Notes under the pieces: model-generated
The model's database searches: none
What the model saw: the letters and a program-made list of their open reading frames with translations, nothing else
What the model was told of the DNA's origin: nothing
Part shown: in pieces, positions 1-12,044 of the stretch
How the letters are laid out: each line of letters begins with the position of its first letter
Position numbering within the stretch: the first letter of the stretch is position 1
Position numbers and translations under genes: made by a program
Assembly: GCA_032718475.1 (NCBI GenBank)
Contig: JAUCBJ010007390.1
Location: 1 to 60,204, forward strand
DNA: 60,204 nucleotides
DNA from: Nemertoderma westbladi
Lineage: Eukaryota; Animalia; Xenacoelomorpha
Direction: 5' to 3'

Positions 1-451
1 GACATTTCCATTCCACTGTTTTAATGAGCGTTTGATTTTGATTTAATTAATTGGTTTTTTTTTGTTACCGTGTGCTTGTTTGCTACGCCTAATACGCAGT
101 ACTGTAATACGCAGAAAATAAGAAGTGATATAGACACATCTTCTTGTTCAGTACTGTTTCCGTCAGTTCAGCCTATAAGCCCTTTGTTTCTACATAAAGA
201 CAGATTTAATCTGTGTTGACTGCCCAAATTTGGGACATCCCATTGTGATCAGATAGATCTGGTGGGTTTGGAATATATTGCGGAGTACCGTTTCCATTAT
301 TGATATCTTGTCAAGGTAAGTTGTCGTAGAAATACCGGCCATTACCGGTAGGTTTTTTACCTTGAAAAAATGAAGCTACTGCTGTCTGGATGTATAACTT
401 CTAGGTACCGGTATAGCAGTACAGGACAGCTGTTGTGCTTTTTCTTTACAG

Positions 452-708
452 CTTGTTTGATAACGATCAAGCTTGTTCATCATGGAATGTATACGAAAAT
501 GCAAACCAGCTCGGTATGGAACCAGCCAACGTATTCGAGGGGGGTTACTGCCCCCAGGAGGGGGACATCACTCTACCAGTTCTGGAACTAAACGAGTTGT
601 TTGGGTGTCAGTTCGACGACCCAGACCCAGAGACCAATCCATTACCTATAGACAAATCGCCTTTGACGAGCCCAGATCTCCCTGTCGGCGGGATTTTTAA
701 CACTCCAG
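452..708 (+). CDS. bZIP gene exon (acidic/Pro-rich N-terminal region; first in-frame ATG at 516)
   Basis: tttctttacag acceptor at 451; open frame; CCAG|gttaat donor in phase 1, giving G+AA=Glu with the next exon. Confidence 0.65.
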
Positions 709-3700
709 GTTAATGGATATAAAGTTGTTGTTTATTGTTTAAATTCTATTAATATTTTATTAACTAGGCCATATATAAATATTAGTTAGAAATATTTTGT
801 TTTAATATGTCAACTTATCAGCAAAATGTGGTGATATCCTCGTAACGAAGCAAAGTATTCACTATCTTAGTAACAATGAATTTCTAGAACACTAACTGTG
901 TATTCCTCATTGATGATAGCGATTTCTATAATCTTACCAACGACTTCTAGAACATAGTATTTATTCTAATTATAAAATAATAAATTATATGTTCTTATAA
1001 GCCCTTAATCTTACTTGCACTTAAACTACAATGGCTATCATCAATAGAGAATACTCAAGACGTGTTCTAGATTGTTAATAAGTTAGTGATTACTTTAGGC
1101 CTACTGCGTTACGACTATATCACCAGAACGCTGATAAAGTTGACATAATAACTATGATAAATTGCTACTTTTCACACTTAGTTGATGTAAATAAATAGTT
1201 ATCACCACATTGCTGTACCTTTATTGTGTGTTTTGAGTAACTGTTCAAAAACGTTCGGGATTAGGTAAACAAATAGATATTTAGATAGATATTTATTATA
1301 GATATTTATTTAATAATTTACCACCTTCTAGGGTGTTTTGTTTACCAAGGTCAGAAGGTAAATATCAAAATTACTAAATTAAATACCGAATCTAATTAAT
1401 ACAGAACATCAACGGTCACTAAATTATAAAACAAGTATTCGTACCCTATAATAGTTCCGTAATCATATACACCATGTCCTGGAATATAGTGTCGTAATTC
1501 AGTGACACCCCCCCCCCCCCCCCCCCCCTAATTTTTCTACAAATCGTAATGAGATTGCATGAAATTTGAAACAGAGATAGTTTCACCTCCCGACCACTGA
1601 CTGGGTGAGCCAGAATTTTTATTTTTGCTTTCAATCTTTAGCTACAAGCGTTTGAAAAGTGTCTCCAGCGATATTACACCAGTTACACCGCAGTTATTCT
1701 TCTACCATTATAGCTGATTTGTTGGTACCAATGGAAAGCTGGCCATCATGCAGGGATTCCAAATATGTAACACAATTTTAATTTCGTTGAAAAATAGCTG
1801 AGATATATATGAGCGTTCAAATGTTGAATGGTTTTGCACCGGCGCGAGGCTATTATATTCTATTTAATGAATCAAATGGAGACGTATATTTTCCACATGG
1901 AAAAATTATGAAGAATTAAAGAATATAATTTTAGTTGCACTTACAGTAAAATTAGAGAACGATGTATTGTATTAGTATTAGATAAAAAAAGAAAGAAAGG
2001 CACATAACCGGATAAAAGGATTCTATTTAATAAATGCATCATAATCTGGAATATTTGCTCTTAGTTTTTATTAAATTACAATTTTTTATCTTACAATGTA
2101 TGGAATAACCATATTATATAATTATTTAATTAATATCCATTAAATGGTTGCAGATTAGCTCTTAAAGTTCGTATATAGAGGAGCTAAAATTCGTAAAACA
2201 TCAAATTCTCTCTCAGAGTAAGAAATACTCTAATGTTATAAAAGTAATCTCAAGTCTCCAAGGTTACAGTTTTGTACTATCGAGTGTGCTATGCCTCGTC
2301 ATTTCCGAATTGTAATTGACAGTTCTTTGATTGACAAAAGCCAAGCGCTGTTGGTTACCCCGGCAACAAACGCGACGAAAGTCCCGACGAAATTGTTGTG
2401 ACATAATATTATATAATATTGGGTTCACTGCTGAGTTGAGATAAATTAACACCTATGAGAATTCCTGGATTCAGAGTAGGAATACCTCATCAAGGCCCGC
2501 CTGGTGGGGGGTGGTACCTAGGACAGATGTCGCATTCCCTCTGACCACTGCAATTGAGAGCCGCTGGAAATGGAATATTTTGTTTATCCAAATACGTAGC
2601 TGGGCAACAATGCATTACTTCTTTAATCATACTATTACGTAGCTATTCATACATTTAAAAAATGTTCCAGAATATGGTTTACTTATTAAATAGAATAAAA
2701 TAGCCTCGCGCCGGTGCATAACCATGCATCATTTGAACGCTCATATCTCGGCTATTTTTCAACGAAATTCAAATTGCGTTACATATTTGGAATCCTTGCA
2801 TGACCAGCTTTCCATTGGTACCAACAAACAGCTATAAGGTAGAAGAATAACTGCGGTGTAACTGGTGTAATATCGCTGGAGACACTTTTTTTAAACGCTT
2901 GTAGCTAAAGATTGAAAGCAAAAATAAAAATTCTGGCTCACCCAGTCAGTGGTCGGGAGGTGAAACTATTTCTGTTTCAAATTTCATGCAATCTCATTAA
3001 GATTTGTAGAAAAATTAGGGGGGGGGGGGGGGGGGGGAGGCGTGTCACTGAATTACGACACTATATATTCTGGGACATGGTATATAAGTAACTGTTGCTC
3101 TATTTGTAATAAATTGTAATAATTATTAATATTTTAGAAGCTCTTCAGCCTCAAGTTTACATTGATAATTCATCATTCGGTGAAATTTATTCTAAACTTA
3201 CAAATATAAACGTCTGCGACTCTGACGTCACACTTAGCAGCGTCGTAGCCTCTAATGAACTTGGTGAGGTCAATGAACTCATTAGTTCGACACATTTCGA
3301 TTGGTCAGACGGATATATATCGTCAGTAACCGAGTTAGCCGGTCCAACAACTCAACCTTTACTACCAGACAACCCGTATCTACCAGTAGCCGGTCCAACA
3401 ACTCAACCTTTACTACCAGACAACCCGTATCTACCAGTAGCCGGTCCAACAACTCAACCTTTACTACCAGACAACCCGTATCTACCAGTAGCCGGTCCCT
3501 CAACCTCCGGATGTTTTAATGAAGTTAAATGCGAAACTCCCACGCCCTCCAGCGGCTCTACAATGAATCGCCAATCCTCTATCGACTTTATTTTCAATGA
3601 AATCGAGTCGATTCAACGCGAAGACGAGAATGTAAGTTGCCTATCAACTGTAAAACATTGTAATTTGTAATTGATTTATTCCCTAATAATTAAACAACTT

Positions 3701-6700
3701 AATTTTAATTAACTTTCATTATTATTTACTGTACCGCCCGGATATCACTTTACCGCTCAAGATATTTAGTGTTCTAATCCTGGTTTTTTTTTTCATTTTC
3801 ACCCTCGCTACGTTCGTTCATGTAATATTGCTCAGAGCAATGTAAACTGAAAGTGTTTCTTTACTCCTAAGTAAACTTAAATAGTTAAAATAATTAAATG
3901 AAAAATAGAACTGAAAACAGAATAAATTAAAGTTTAGGAAATAAAAACACAACTTCCCTATCGGGGCGCGAATCATCGAAAATTCATTAAGTAGTTTCTG
4001 ACTTTCTTTTTGCCCCTTATTATCCAGATCTTCTATTTATAAGCAATCATTTATATTTGCTTTTAATTTATAGATACTAAATGATATCCAACTTGCCTTC
4101 CCGTTCACTGACGACGTCTTTACGATTAACAACGATCTTCTACCTCGTAGCTCTAACTATCAGCAGCAGCCGCATTGCCCTGACCCAGTAGAGCAGGCTG
4201 CGGCGGCCTCTAAGTCTAATCTAACTGGACGCAAACGGAAAATCCTGTCCAATACTGAGTTCCCGGGGGAACCGCTGGAGGAATCCGAAGCCACTTATCG
4301 GCTGAAAAGATTAAAGAATAACGAAGCGTCGAAGAACTGTCGGTAAGTAATAACTAAGTGTCGGTAAGTAATAACTAAGTGTCGGTAAGTAATAACTAAG
4401 TGTCGGTAAGTAATAACTAAGTGTCGGTAAGTAATAACTAAGTGTCGGTAAGTAATAACTAAGTGTCGGTAAGTAATAACTAAGTGTCGGTAAGTAATAA
4501 CTAAGTGTCGGTAAGTATAAACTAAGTGTCGGTAAATAATAACTAAGTGTCGGTAAGTAATAACTAAGTGTCGGTAAGTAATAACTAAGTATCGGTAAGT
4601 AATAACTAAGTGTCGGTAAGTAATAACTAAGTGTAGGTAAGTAATAACTAAGTGTCGGTAAGTAATAACTAAGTGTCGGTAAATAATAACTAAGTGTCGG
4701 TAAATAATAACTAAGTGTCGGTAAGTAATAACTAAGTGTCGGTAAGTAATAACTAAGTGTCGGTAGGTAATAACTAAGTGTCGGTAAGTAATAACTAAGT
4801 GTCGGTAAGTAATAACTAAGTGTCGGTAAGTAATAACTAAGTGTCGGTAAGTAATAACTAAGTGTCGGTAAGTAATAACTAAGTGTCGGTAAGTAATAAC
4901 TAAGTGTCGGTAAGTAATAACTAAGTGTGGGTAAATAATAACTAAGAGTCGGTAAGTAATAACTAAGTGTCGGTAAGTAATAACTGAGTGTCGGTAAGTA
5001 ATAACTAAGTGTCGGTAAGTAATACCTAAGTGTAGGTAAGTAATAACTAAGTGTCGGTAAGTATAAACTAAGTGTCGGTAAATAATAACTAAGTGTCGGT
5101 AGGTAATGAGTGTCGTTATGTAATAACTAAGTCTCGGTAAGTAATAACTAAGTGTCGGTAAGTAATAACTAAGTGTCGGTAGGTAATAACGAGTGTCGGT
5201 AAGTAATAACTAAGTGTCGGTAAGTAATAACTAAGTCTCGGTAAGTAATAACTAAGTGTCGGTAAATAATAACTAAGTGTCGGTAGGTAATAACTAAGTG
5301 TCGGTAGGTAATAACTGAGTGTCGGTAAATAATAACTAAGTGTCGGTAGGTAATAACTAAGTGTCGGTAGGTAATAACTGAGTGTCGGTAAGTAATAACT
5401 AAGTCTCGGTAAGTAATAACTAAGTGTCGGTAAATAATAACTAAGTGTCGGTAAGTAATAACTGAGTGTCGGTAAGTAATAACTAAGTGTCGGTAAGTAA
5501 TAACTAAGTGTCGGTAAGTAATAACTAAGTCTCGGTAAGTAATAACTAAGTGTCGGTAAGTAATAACTAAGTGTCGGTAAGTAATAACTAAGTGTCGGTA
5601 AGTAATAACTAAGTGTCGGTAAGTAATAACTAAGTGTCGGTAAGTAATAACTAAGTGTCGGTAAGTATTAACTAAGTGTCGGTAAATAATAACTAAGTGT
5701 CGGTAGGTAATAACTAAGTGTCGGTAGGTAATAACTAAGTGTCGGTAAATAATAACTAAGTGTCGGTAACTAATAACTAAGTGTCGGTAAGTAATAACTA
5801 AGTGTCGGTAAGTAATACCTAAGTGTCGGTAAGTAATAACTAAGTGTCGGTAAGTATAAACTAAGTGTCGGTAAATAATAACTAAGTGTCGGTAGGTAAT
5901 GAGTGTCGTTATGTAATAACTAAGTCTCGGTAAGTAATAACTAAGTGTCGGTAAGTAATAACTAAGTGTCGTTAGGTAATAACTAAGTGTAGGTAAGTAA
6001 TAACTAAGTGTCGGTAAGTATAAACTAAGTGTCGGTAAATAATAACTAAGTGTCGGTAGGTAATAACGAGTGTCGGTATGTAATAACTAAGTCTCGGTAA
6101 GTAATAACTAAGTGTCGGTAAGTATAAACTAAGTGTCGGTAAATAATAACTAAGTGTCGGTAGGTAATAACGAGTGTCGGTATGTAATAACTAAGTCTCG
6201 GTAAGTAATAACTAAGTGTCGGTAAGTAATAACTAAGTGTCGGTAAATAATAACTAAGTGTCGGTAGGTAATAACGAGTGTCGGTATGTAATAACTGAGT
6301 GTCGGTAAGTAATAACTAAGTGTCGGTAAGTAATAACTAAGTGTCGGTAGGTAATAACTAAGTGTCGATAAATAATAACTAAGTGTCGGTAAGTAATAAC
6401 TAAGTGTCGGTAAATAATAACTAAGAGTCGGTAAGTAATAACTAAGTGTCGGTAAGTAATAACTAAGTGTAGGTAAGTAATAACTAAGTGTCGGTAAGTA
6501 ATAACTAGGTGTCGGTAAGTAATAACTAAGTGTCGGTAAATAATAACTAAGTGTCGGTAGGTAATAACGAGTGTCGGTATGTAATAACTGAGTGTCGGTA
6601 AGTAATAACTAAGTGTCGGTAAGTAATAACTAAGTGTCGGTAGGTAATAACTAAGTGTCGATAAATAATAACTAAGTGTCGGTAAGTAATAACTAAGTGT

Positions 6701-9700
6701 CGGTAAATAATAACTAAGTGTCGGTAAGTAATAACTAAGTGTCGGTAAGTAATAACTAAGTGTCGGTAAGTAATAACTAAGTGTCGGTAAGTAATAACTA
6801 AGTGTAGGTAAGTAATAACTAAGTGTCGGTAAGTAATAACTAGGTGTCGGTAAGTAATAACTAAGTGTCGGTAAATAATAACTAAGAGTCGGTAAGTAAT
6901 AACTAGTGTCGGTAAGTAATAACTAAGTCTCGGTAAGTAATAACTAAGTGTCGGTAAGTAATAACTAAGTGTCGGTAAGTAATAACTAAGTGTCGGTAAG
7001 TATAAACTAAGTGTCGGTAAATAATAACTAAGTGTCGGTAGGTAATAACGAGTGTCGGTATGTAATAACTGAGTGTCGGTAAGTAATAACTAAGTCTCGG
7101 TAAGTAATAACTAAGTGTCGGTAAATAATAACTAAGAGTCGGTAAGTAATAACTAAGTGTCGGTAAGTATAAACTAAGTGTCGGTAAATAATAACTAAGT
7201 GTCGGTAGGTAATAACGAGTGTCGGTATGTAATAACTGAGTGTCGGTAAGTAATAACTAAGTGTCGGTAAGTAATAACTAAGTGTCGGTAGGTAATAACT
7301 AAGAGTCGGTAAGTAATAACTAGTGTCGGTAAGTAATAACTAAGTCTCTGTAAGTAATAACTAAGTGTCGGTAAGTAATAACTAAGTGTAGGTAAGTAAT
7401 AACTAAGTGTCGGTAAGTATAAACTAAGTGTCGGTAAATAATAACTAAGTGTCGGTAGGTAATAACGAGTGTCGGTATGTAATAACTGAGTGTCGGTAAG
7501 TAATAACTAAGTGTCGGTAAGTAATAACTAAGTGTCGGTAGGTAATAACTAAGTGTCGATAAATAATAACTAAGTGTCGGTAGGTAATAACTAGTGTCGG
7601 TATGTAATAACTAAGTGTCGGTAAGTAATAACTAAGTGTCGGTAGGTAATAACTAGTGTCGGTATGTAATAACTAAGTGTCGGTAAGTATAAACTAAGTG
7701 TCGGTAAATAATAACTAAGTGTCGGTAGGTAATAACGAGTGTCGGTATGTAATAACTGAGTGTCGGTAAGTAATAACTAAGTGTCGGTAAGTAATAACTA
7801 AGTGTAGGTAAGTAATAACTAAGTGTCGGTAAGTATAAACTAAGTGTCGGTAAATAATAACTAAGTGTCGGTAGGTAATAACGAGTGTCGGTATGTAATA
7901 ACTGAGTGTCGGTAAGTAATAACTAAGTGTCGGTAAGTAATACCTAAGTGTCGGTAAGTAATAACTAAGTGTCGGTAAGTAATAACTAAGTGTCGGTAAG
8001 TAATAACTAAGTGTCGGTAGGTAATAACTAGTGTCGGTATGTAATAACTAAGTGTCGGTAAGTAATACCTAAGTGTCGGTAAGTAATAACTAAGTGTCGG
8101 TAGGTAATAACGAGTGTCGGTATGTAATAACTGAGTGTCGGTAAGTAATAACTAAGTGTCGGTAGGTAATAACGAGTGTCGGTATGTAATAACTGAGTGT
8201 CGGTAAGTAATAACTAAGTGTCGGTAAGTAATAACTAAGTGTAGGTAAGTAATAACTAAGTGTCGGTAAGTATAAACTAAGTGTCGGTAAATAATAACTA
8301 AGTGTCGGTAGGTAATAACGAGTGTCGGTATGTAATAACTGAGTGTCGGTAAGTAATAACTAAGTGTCGGTAAGTAATACCTAAGTGTCGGTAAGTAATA
8401 ACTAAGTGTCGGTAAGTAATAACTAAGTGTCGGTAAGTAATAACTAAGTGTCGGTAGGTAATAACTAGTGTCGGTATGTAATAACTAAGTGTCGGTAAGT
8501 AATACCTAAGTGTCGGTAAGTAATAACTAAGTGTAGGTAAGTAATAACTAAGTGTCGGTAAGTATAAACTAAGTGTCGGTAAATAATAACTAAGTGTCGG
8601 TAGGTAATAACGAGTGTCGGTATGTAATAACTGAGTGTCGGTAAGTAATAACTAAGTGTCGGTAAGTAATAACTAAGTGTCGGTAGGTAATAACTAAGTG
8701 TCGGTAAATAATAACTAAGTGTCGGTAGGTAATAACTAGTGTCGGTATGTAATAACTAAGTGTCGGTAAGTAATACCTAAGTGTCGGTAAGTAATAACTA
8801 AGTGTAGGTAAGTAATAACTAAGTGTCGGTAAGTATAAACTAAGTGTCGGTAAATAATAACTAAGTGTCGGTAGGTAATAACGAGTGTCGGTATGTAATA
8901 ACTGAGTGTCGGTAAGTAATAACTAAGTGTCGGTAAGTAATAACTAAGTGTCGGTAGGTAATAACTAAGTGTCGATAAATAATAACTAAGTGTCGGTAAG
9001 TAATAACTAAGTGTCGGTAGGTAATAACTAGTGTCGGTATGTAATAACTAAGTGTCGGTAAGTAATAACTAAGTGTCGGTAAGTAATAACTAAGTGTCGG
9101 TAAGTAATAACTAAGTGTCGGTAAGTAATAACTAAGTGTCGGTAAATAATAACTAAGTGTCGGTAGGTAATAACTAGTGTGGGTATGTAATAACTGAGTG
9201 TCGGTAAGTAATAACTAAGAGTCGGTAAGTAATAACTAAGTCTCGGTAAGTAATAACTAAGTGTCGGTAAGTAATAACTAAGTGTAGGTAAGTAATAACT
9301 AAGTGTCGGTAAGTATAAACTAAGTGTCGGTAAATAATAACTAAGTGTCGGTAGGTAATAACGAGTGTCGGTATGTAATAACTGAGTGTCGGTAAGTAAT
9401 AACTAAGTGTCGGTAAGTAATAACTAAGTGTCGGTAGGTAATAACTAAGTGTCGATAAATAATAACTAAGTGTCGGTAGGTAATAACTAGTGTCGGTATG
9501 TAATAACTAAGTGTCGGTAAGTAATACCTAAGTGTCGGTAAGTAATAACTAAGTGTCGGTAAGTAATAACTAAGTGTCGGTAGCACGGTAGGTAATAAAT
9601 AACTAAGTATCGGTAAGTAATAAATAACTAAGTGTCGGTAAGTAATAAATAACTAAGTGTCGGTAAGTAATAAATAACTAAGTGTCGGTAAGTAATAACT

Positions 9701-10251
9701 AAGTGTCGGTAAGTAATAACTAAGTGTCGGTAAGTAATAACTAAGTGTCGGTAAGTAATAACTAAGTGACGGTAGCACGGTAGTTAATAAATAACTAAGT
9801 GTTGGTAAGTAATAACTAAGTGTCGGTAAGTAATAACTAAGTGTCGGTAAGTAATAACTAAGTGTCGGTAAGTAATAACTAAGTGTCGGTAAGTAATAAC
9901 TAAGTGTCGGTAGCACGGTAGGTAATAAATAACTAAGTGTCGGTAAGTAATAAATAACTAAGTGTCGGTGAATCCGCTTTTAACCTGCGATATATAATAT
10001 TTTTTTAAACAATTATTTTCACCCCGTTATTTTTTTACTTATTTTCATCTAATTGTAGCGACAGAAAGAAACAGGAGTTCCGGGAACTGGAAGCGACTCT
10101 ACATCAACTGGAGTCGGATAATCTTCGACTGAACACCGAAATGAAACAGCTGACGGACGAGGTACAAACCATGCGAGAAAATCTTCTTAATAAAATGTCT
10201 TCGAGACCCAACGCATGCCAGCCTGTAGTTCTTGTTATTAATCAATGTTAA
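516..10251 (+). CDS. bZIP transcription factor (PAR/C-EBP/Xrp1-like basic region), ~382 aa; coding exons 516-708, 3138-3631, 4074-4342, 10059-10251
   Basis: GT-AG introns with matching phases (1,0,2) join into a 1149-nt open frame. The bZIP spans the last junction: [59 protein letters not shown]. Start codon uncertain: the exon begins at 452 and there is an upstream donor at 315/316. Confidence 0.8.
806..1147. mobile_element. Degenerate palindromic MITE, TA-flanked
   Basis: tatgtcaacttatcagc...gctgataaagttgacata termini; the arms stay complementary for over 100 bp. Confidence 0.65.
1466..3086. mobile_element. Non-autonomous foldback/long-TIR DNA element with ~400-bp inverted arms (1466-1868, 2685-3086) enclosing a GPCR exon
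   Basis: The arms are reverse complements, including the poly-C/poly-G tract. Termini TATACACCATGTCC / GGACATGGTATATA. Confidence 0.75.
2264..2452 (-). pseudogene. Terminal exon (TM7, helix 8, C-tail) of a class A neuropeptide GPCR, TRH/ETH/NMU-receptor-like; orphan fragment or nested-gene exon
   Basis: [30 protein letters not shown] contains NPxxY, helix-8 FR and palmitoylation-type CC. tctcatag acceptor at 2453-2454; intact stop. Confidence 0.8.
3138..3631 (+). CDS. bZIP gene exon containing a 17-aa tandem repeat
   Basis: attttag acceptor; open frame ALQPQVYID...QREDEN; AAT|gtaagt donor. Confidence 0.75.
3336..3498 (+). repeat. 51-bp coding tandem repeat x3 ([17 protein letters not shown])
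   Basis: Three identical units plus a partial one, in frame within the exon. Confidence 0.95.
4074..4342 (+). CDS. bZIP gene exon encoding the basic region (RKRK...[15 protein letters not shown])
   Basis: ttaatttatag acceptor; TGTCG|gtaagt donor; NNxAS basic-region motif. Confidence 0.85.
4338..9969 (+). repeat. 21-bp intronic minisatellite (TGTCGGTAAGTAATAACTAAG)n, roughly 265-270 units
   Basis: Directly visible; it starts across the exon/intron junction. Copy number estimated as length/21. Confidence 0.98.
10059..10251 (+). CDS. bZIP gene last exon (leucine zipper)
   Basis: Pyrimidine tract then ttgtag acceptor; heptad L/L/M/M; TAA at 10249-10251. Confidence 0.85.
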
Positions 10252-10324
10252 TTAATGAATAGGAATATCCATCTCGTCTAAAGGCATTAATTATTGTACA
10301 ATGGATTAATGTTTGTTTGTATAA

Positions 10325-10330
10325 AATAAA
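10325..10330 (+). terminator. Candidate polyadenylation signal of the bZIP gene
   Basis: AATAAA 74 nt after the stop, followed by T/GT-rich sequence. Confidence 0.45.
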
Positions 10331-11975
10331 ACTGTAACACATTTATAACACGTTTTTTATTTAGCTGTCTGTATGTCTGTATTTTGCTTATTGTTCTAGT
10401 TAGTATAATTTAGTTAGTATTACTATATATAAATATTATATATATAGATAGACAGGGGGCACTTTCGACTCAATCAAAATTCATCCCTCGCCATGGGAAA
10501 ATTGAGGCCAAAAACAGCTGATTCCTCCCAAAATGTCGGTAAAGAAGTCGGTAAAGAATCATACCAGACATATTATTCCACAGTTAGAATTTGCTTTTAT
10601 TGTAACAGAATGTGAAGTCAAGTAAATTTATTTAAAGCTCATTTGTTATTTTTGATATAAATATACTTATTTGTGACATTTAATTAATTATAATATTCTA
10701 ATAACGTAATAATTGTAATTTGTTGTTACTTATGTAAAATGGTACGGATCTTACATACTTAGTTCTAGTTGACCTTGGGTGCGGTGGCGGTCACTACAAC
10801 AACAGTATTGGATATTATGGCGATATAGAAATAGCAGCTGTTAGTAGCTGCACTCTAAACTTATAATTATCACCTTGTGCGATTAATTTAGATACTAACT
10901 GAAAATTTGAGAATGATGCTTTAATGAACCAATTCTCAATAATTGTAATTTAATATTTGATGGTAAATATACATCGAACTAGTTGGCAAGTTGCAACCCA
11001 ATTTTTTTTGGCTATAATATTACTTTCTTGGTTATTTTTAATATGGAAATAATCAACCAACTTACTTCGCGGGCGTATATGTAACCGTAAGTTACAAATA
11101 ATGTAAAAATCAATTATTATTAAACAGAAACATTATTAATAGTCAGCTCTAAGTAACTAACTTATCATTTGTAACACCTACTTTTGTAAAAAAGAACAAA
11201 TTAATTCCAGTGACAGTAAATGTGTTTCACACGCTTGCTCCGAATTTCCTCATCATTATTGCGCTCGACTATGTTCTGCAAATGTCTCTTGACCACAGAT
11301 ATTGTGTGGTCAAGAGACCACACGTGGAAAAAAATAATAAAGCCACAGTAACCTGCTCCTTTCCCTTAATGTTTTAAATGCAATAAAATTAATTTAGGTC
11401 TAAACACATAGGTGTTGTTTGCGGTATTTATTCGCCCTTAATATAAATGGGGTGGAGTTGCAACCAGCAAGTGAGTGGTATTAGAAGTAGGGGGGAATAC
11501 ACATCATTACAGACCTCGACTTTGCTCATGATGTGGGTTTAATGACAGAAACATTGGATGGTGCTGAAAGCAGGGTTCCGGAGTCAGAGTCGGATTCCCC
11601 GGACTTAAAAAAAAAGCCCTGAAAAATGTACAGAACTCAGAATTCGGACTTTCACCAACTCTCACTTTTGATGATGCATCATTGTACTGTACAGTACAGT
11701 GCACTGTACAATATTGTTGTTTCAGTATTCAGATATAGGCCTACCAGTGCTTTTAGACTCAAATACTTCCAGCAATAACCTCACTACATATCTGTTCACT
11801 GCTCCGGCATAGCATTTTTAATGCACGGTGTGTTGGGATACCCAATTGTGGATAGCAGGGTGGTAGCAAAATATTTTTGTTAAGCCAGTATAGAATCTCG
11901 ATGTACAGCAGCAATCGAAATCTCTTTAAGTCTACTTAACGCATCAACCTACCTAATACAGTACCAAAAAATTTT

Positions 11976-12044
11976 ACCAGAAAGTGGGATTGAACTCTGT
12001 ACCTAGCGATTCCAAGTCCAACGCTCTACCAACCTCACCACTGC
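11976..12044 (-). mobile_element. tRNA-derived degenerate segment (SINE head or tRNA pseudogene)
   Basis: Minus strand reads gtggtgaggttggtagagcg (A-box-like) ... gagttcaatccc (B-box-like); the stems are imperfect. Confidence 0.5.

Noticed and set aside
9341-9916. ORFs encoding (LPTLSYY)n / (YRHLVIT)n
   Set aside because: Chance open frames on the antisense strand of the minisatellite.
4338-9969. CRISPR array
   Set aside because: Contiguous units with no unique spacers, no cas genes, and a eukaryotic intron context.
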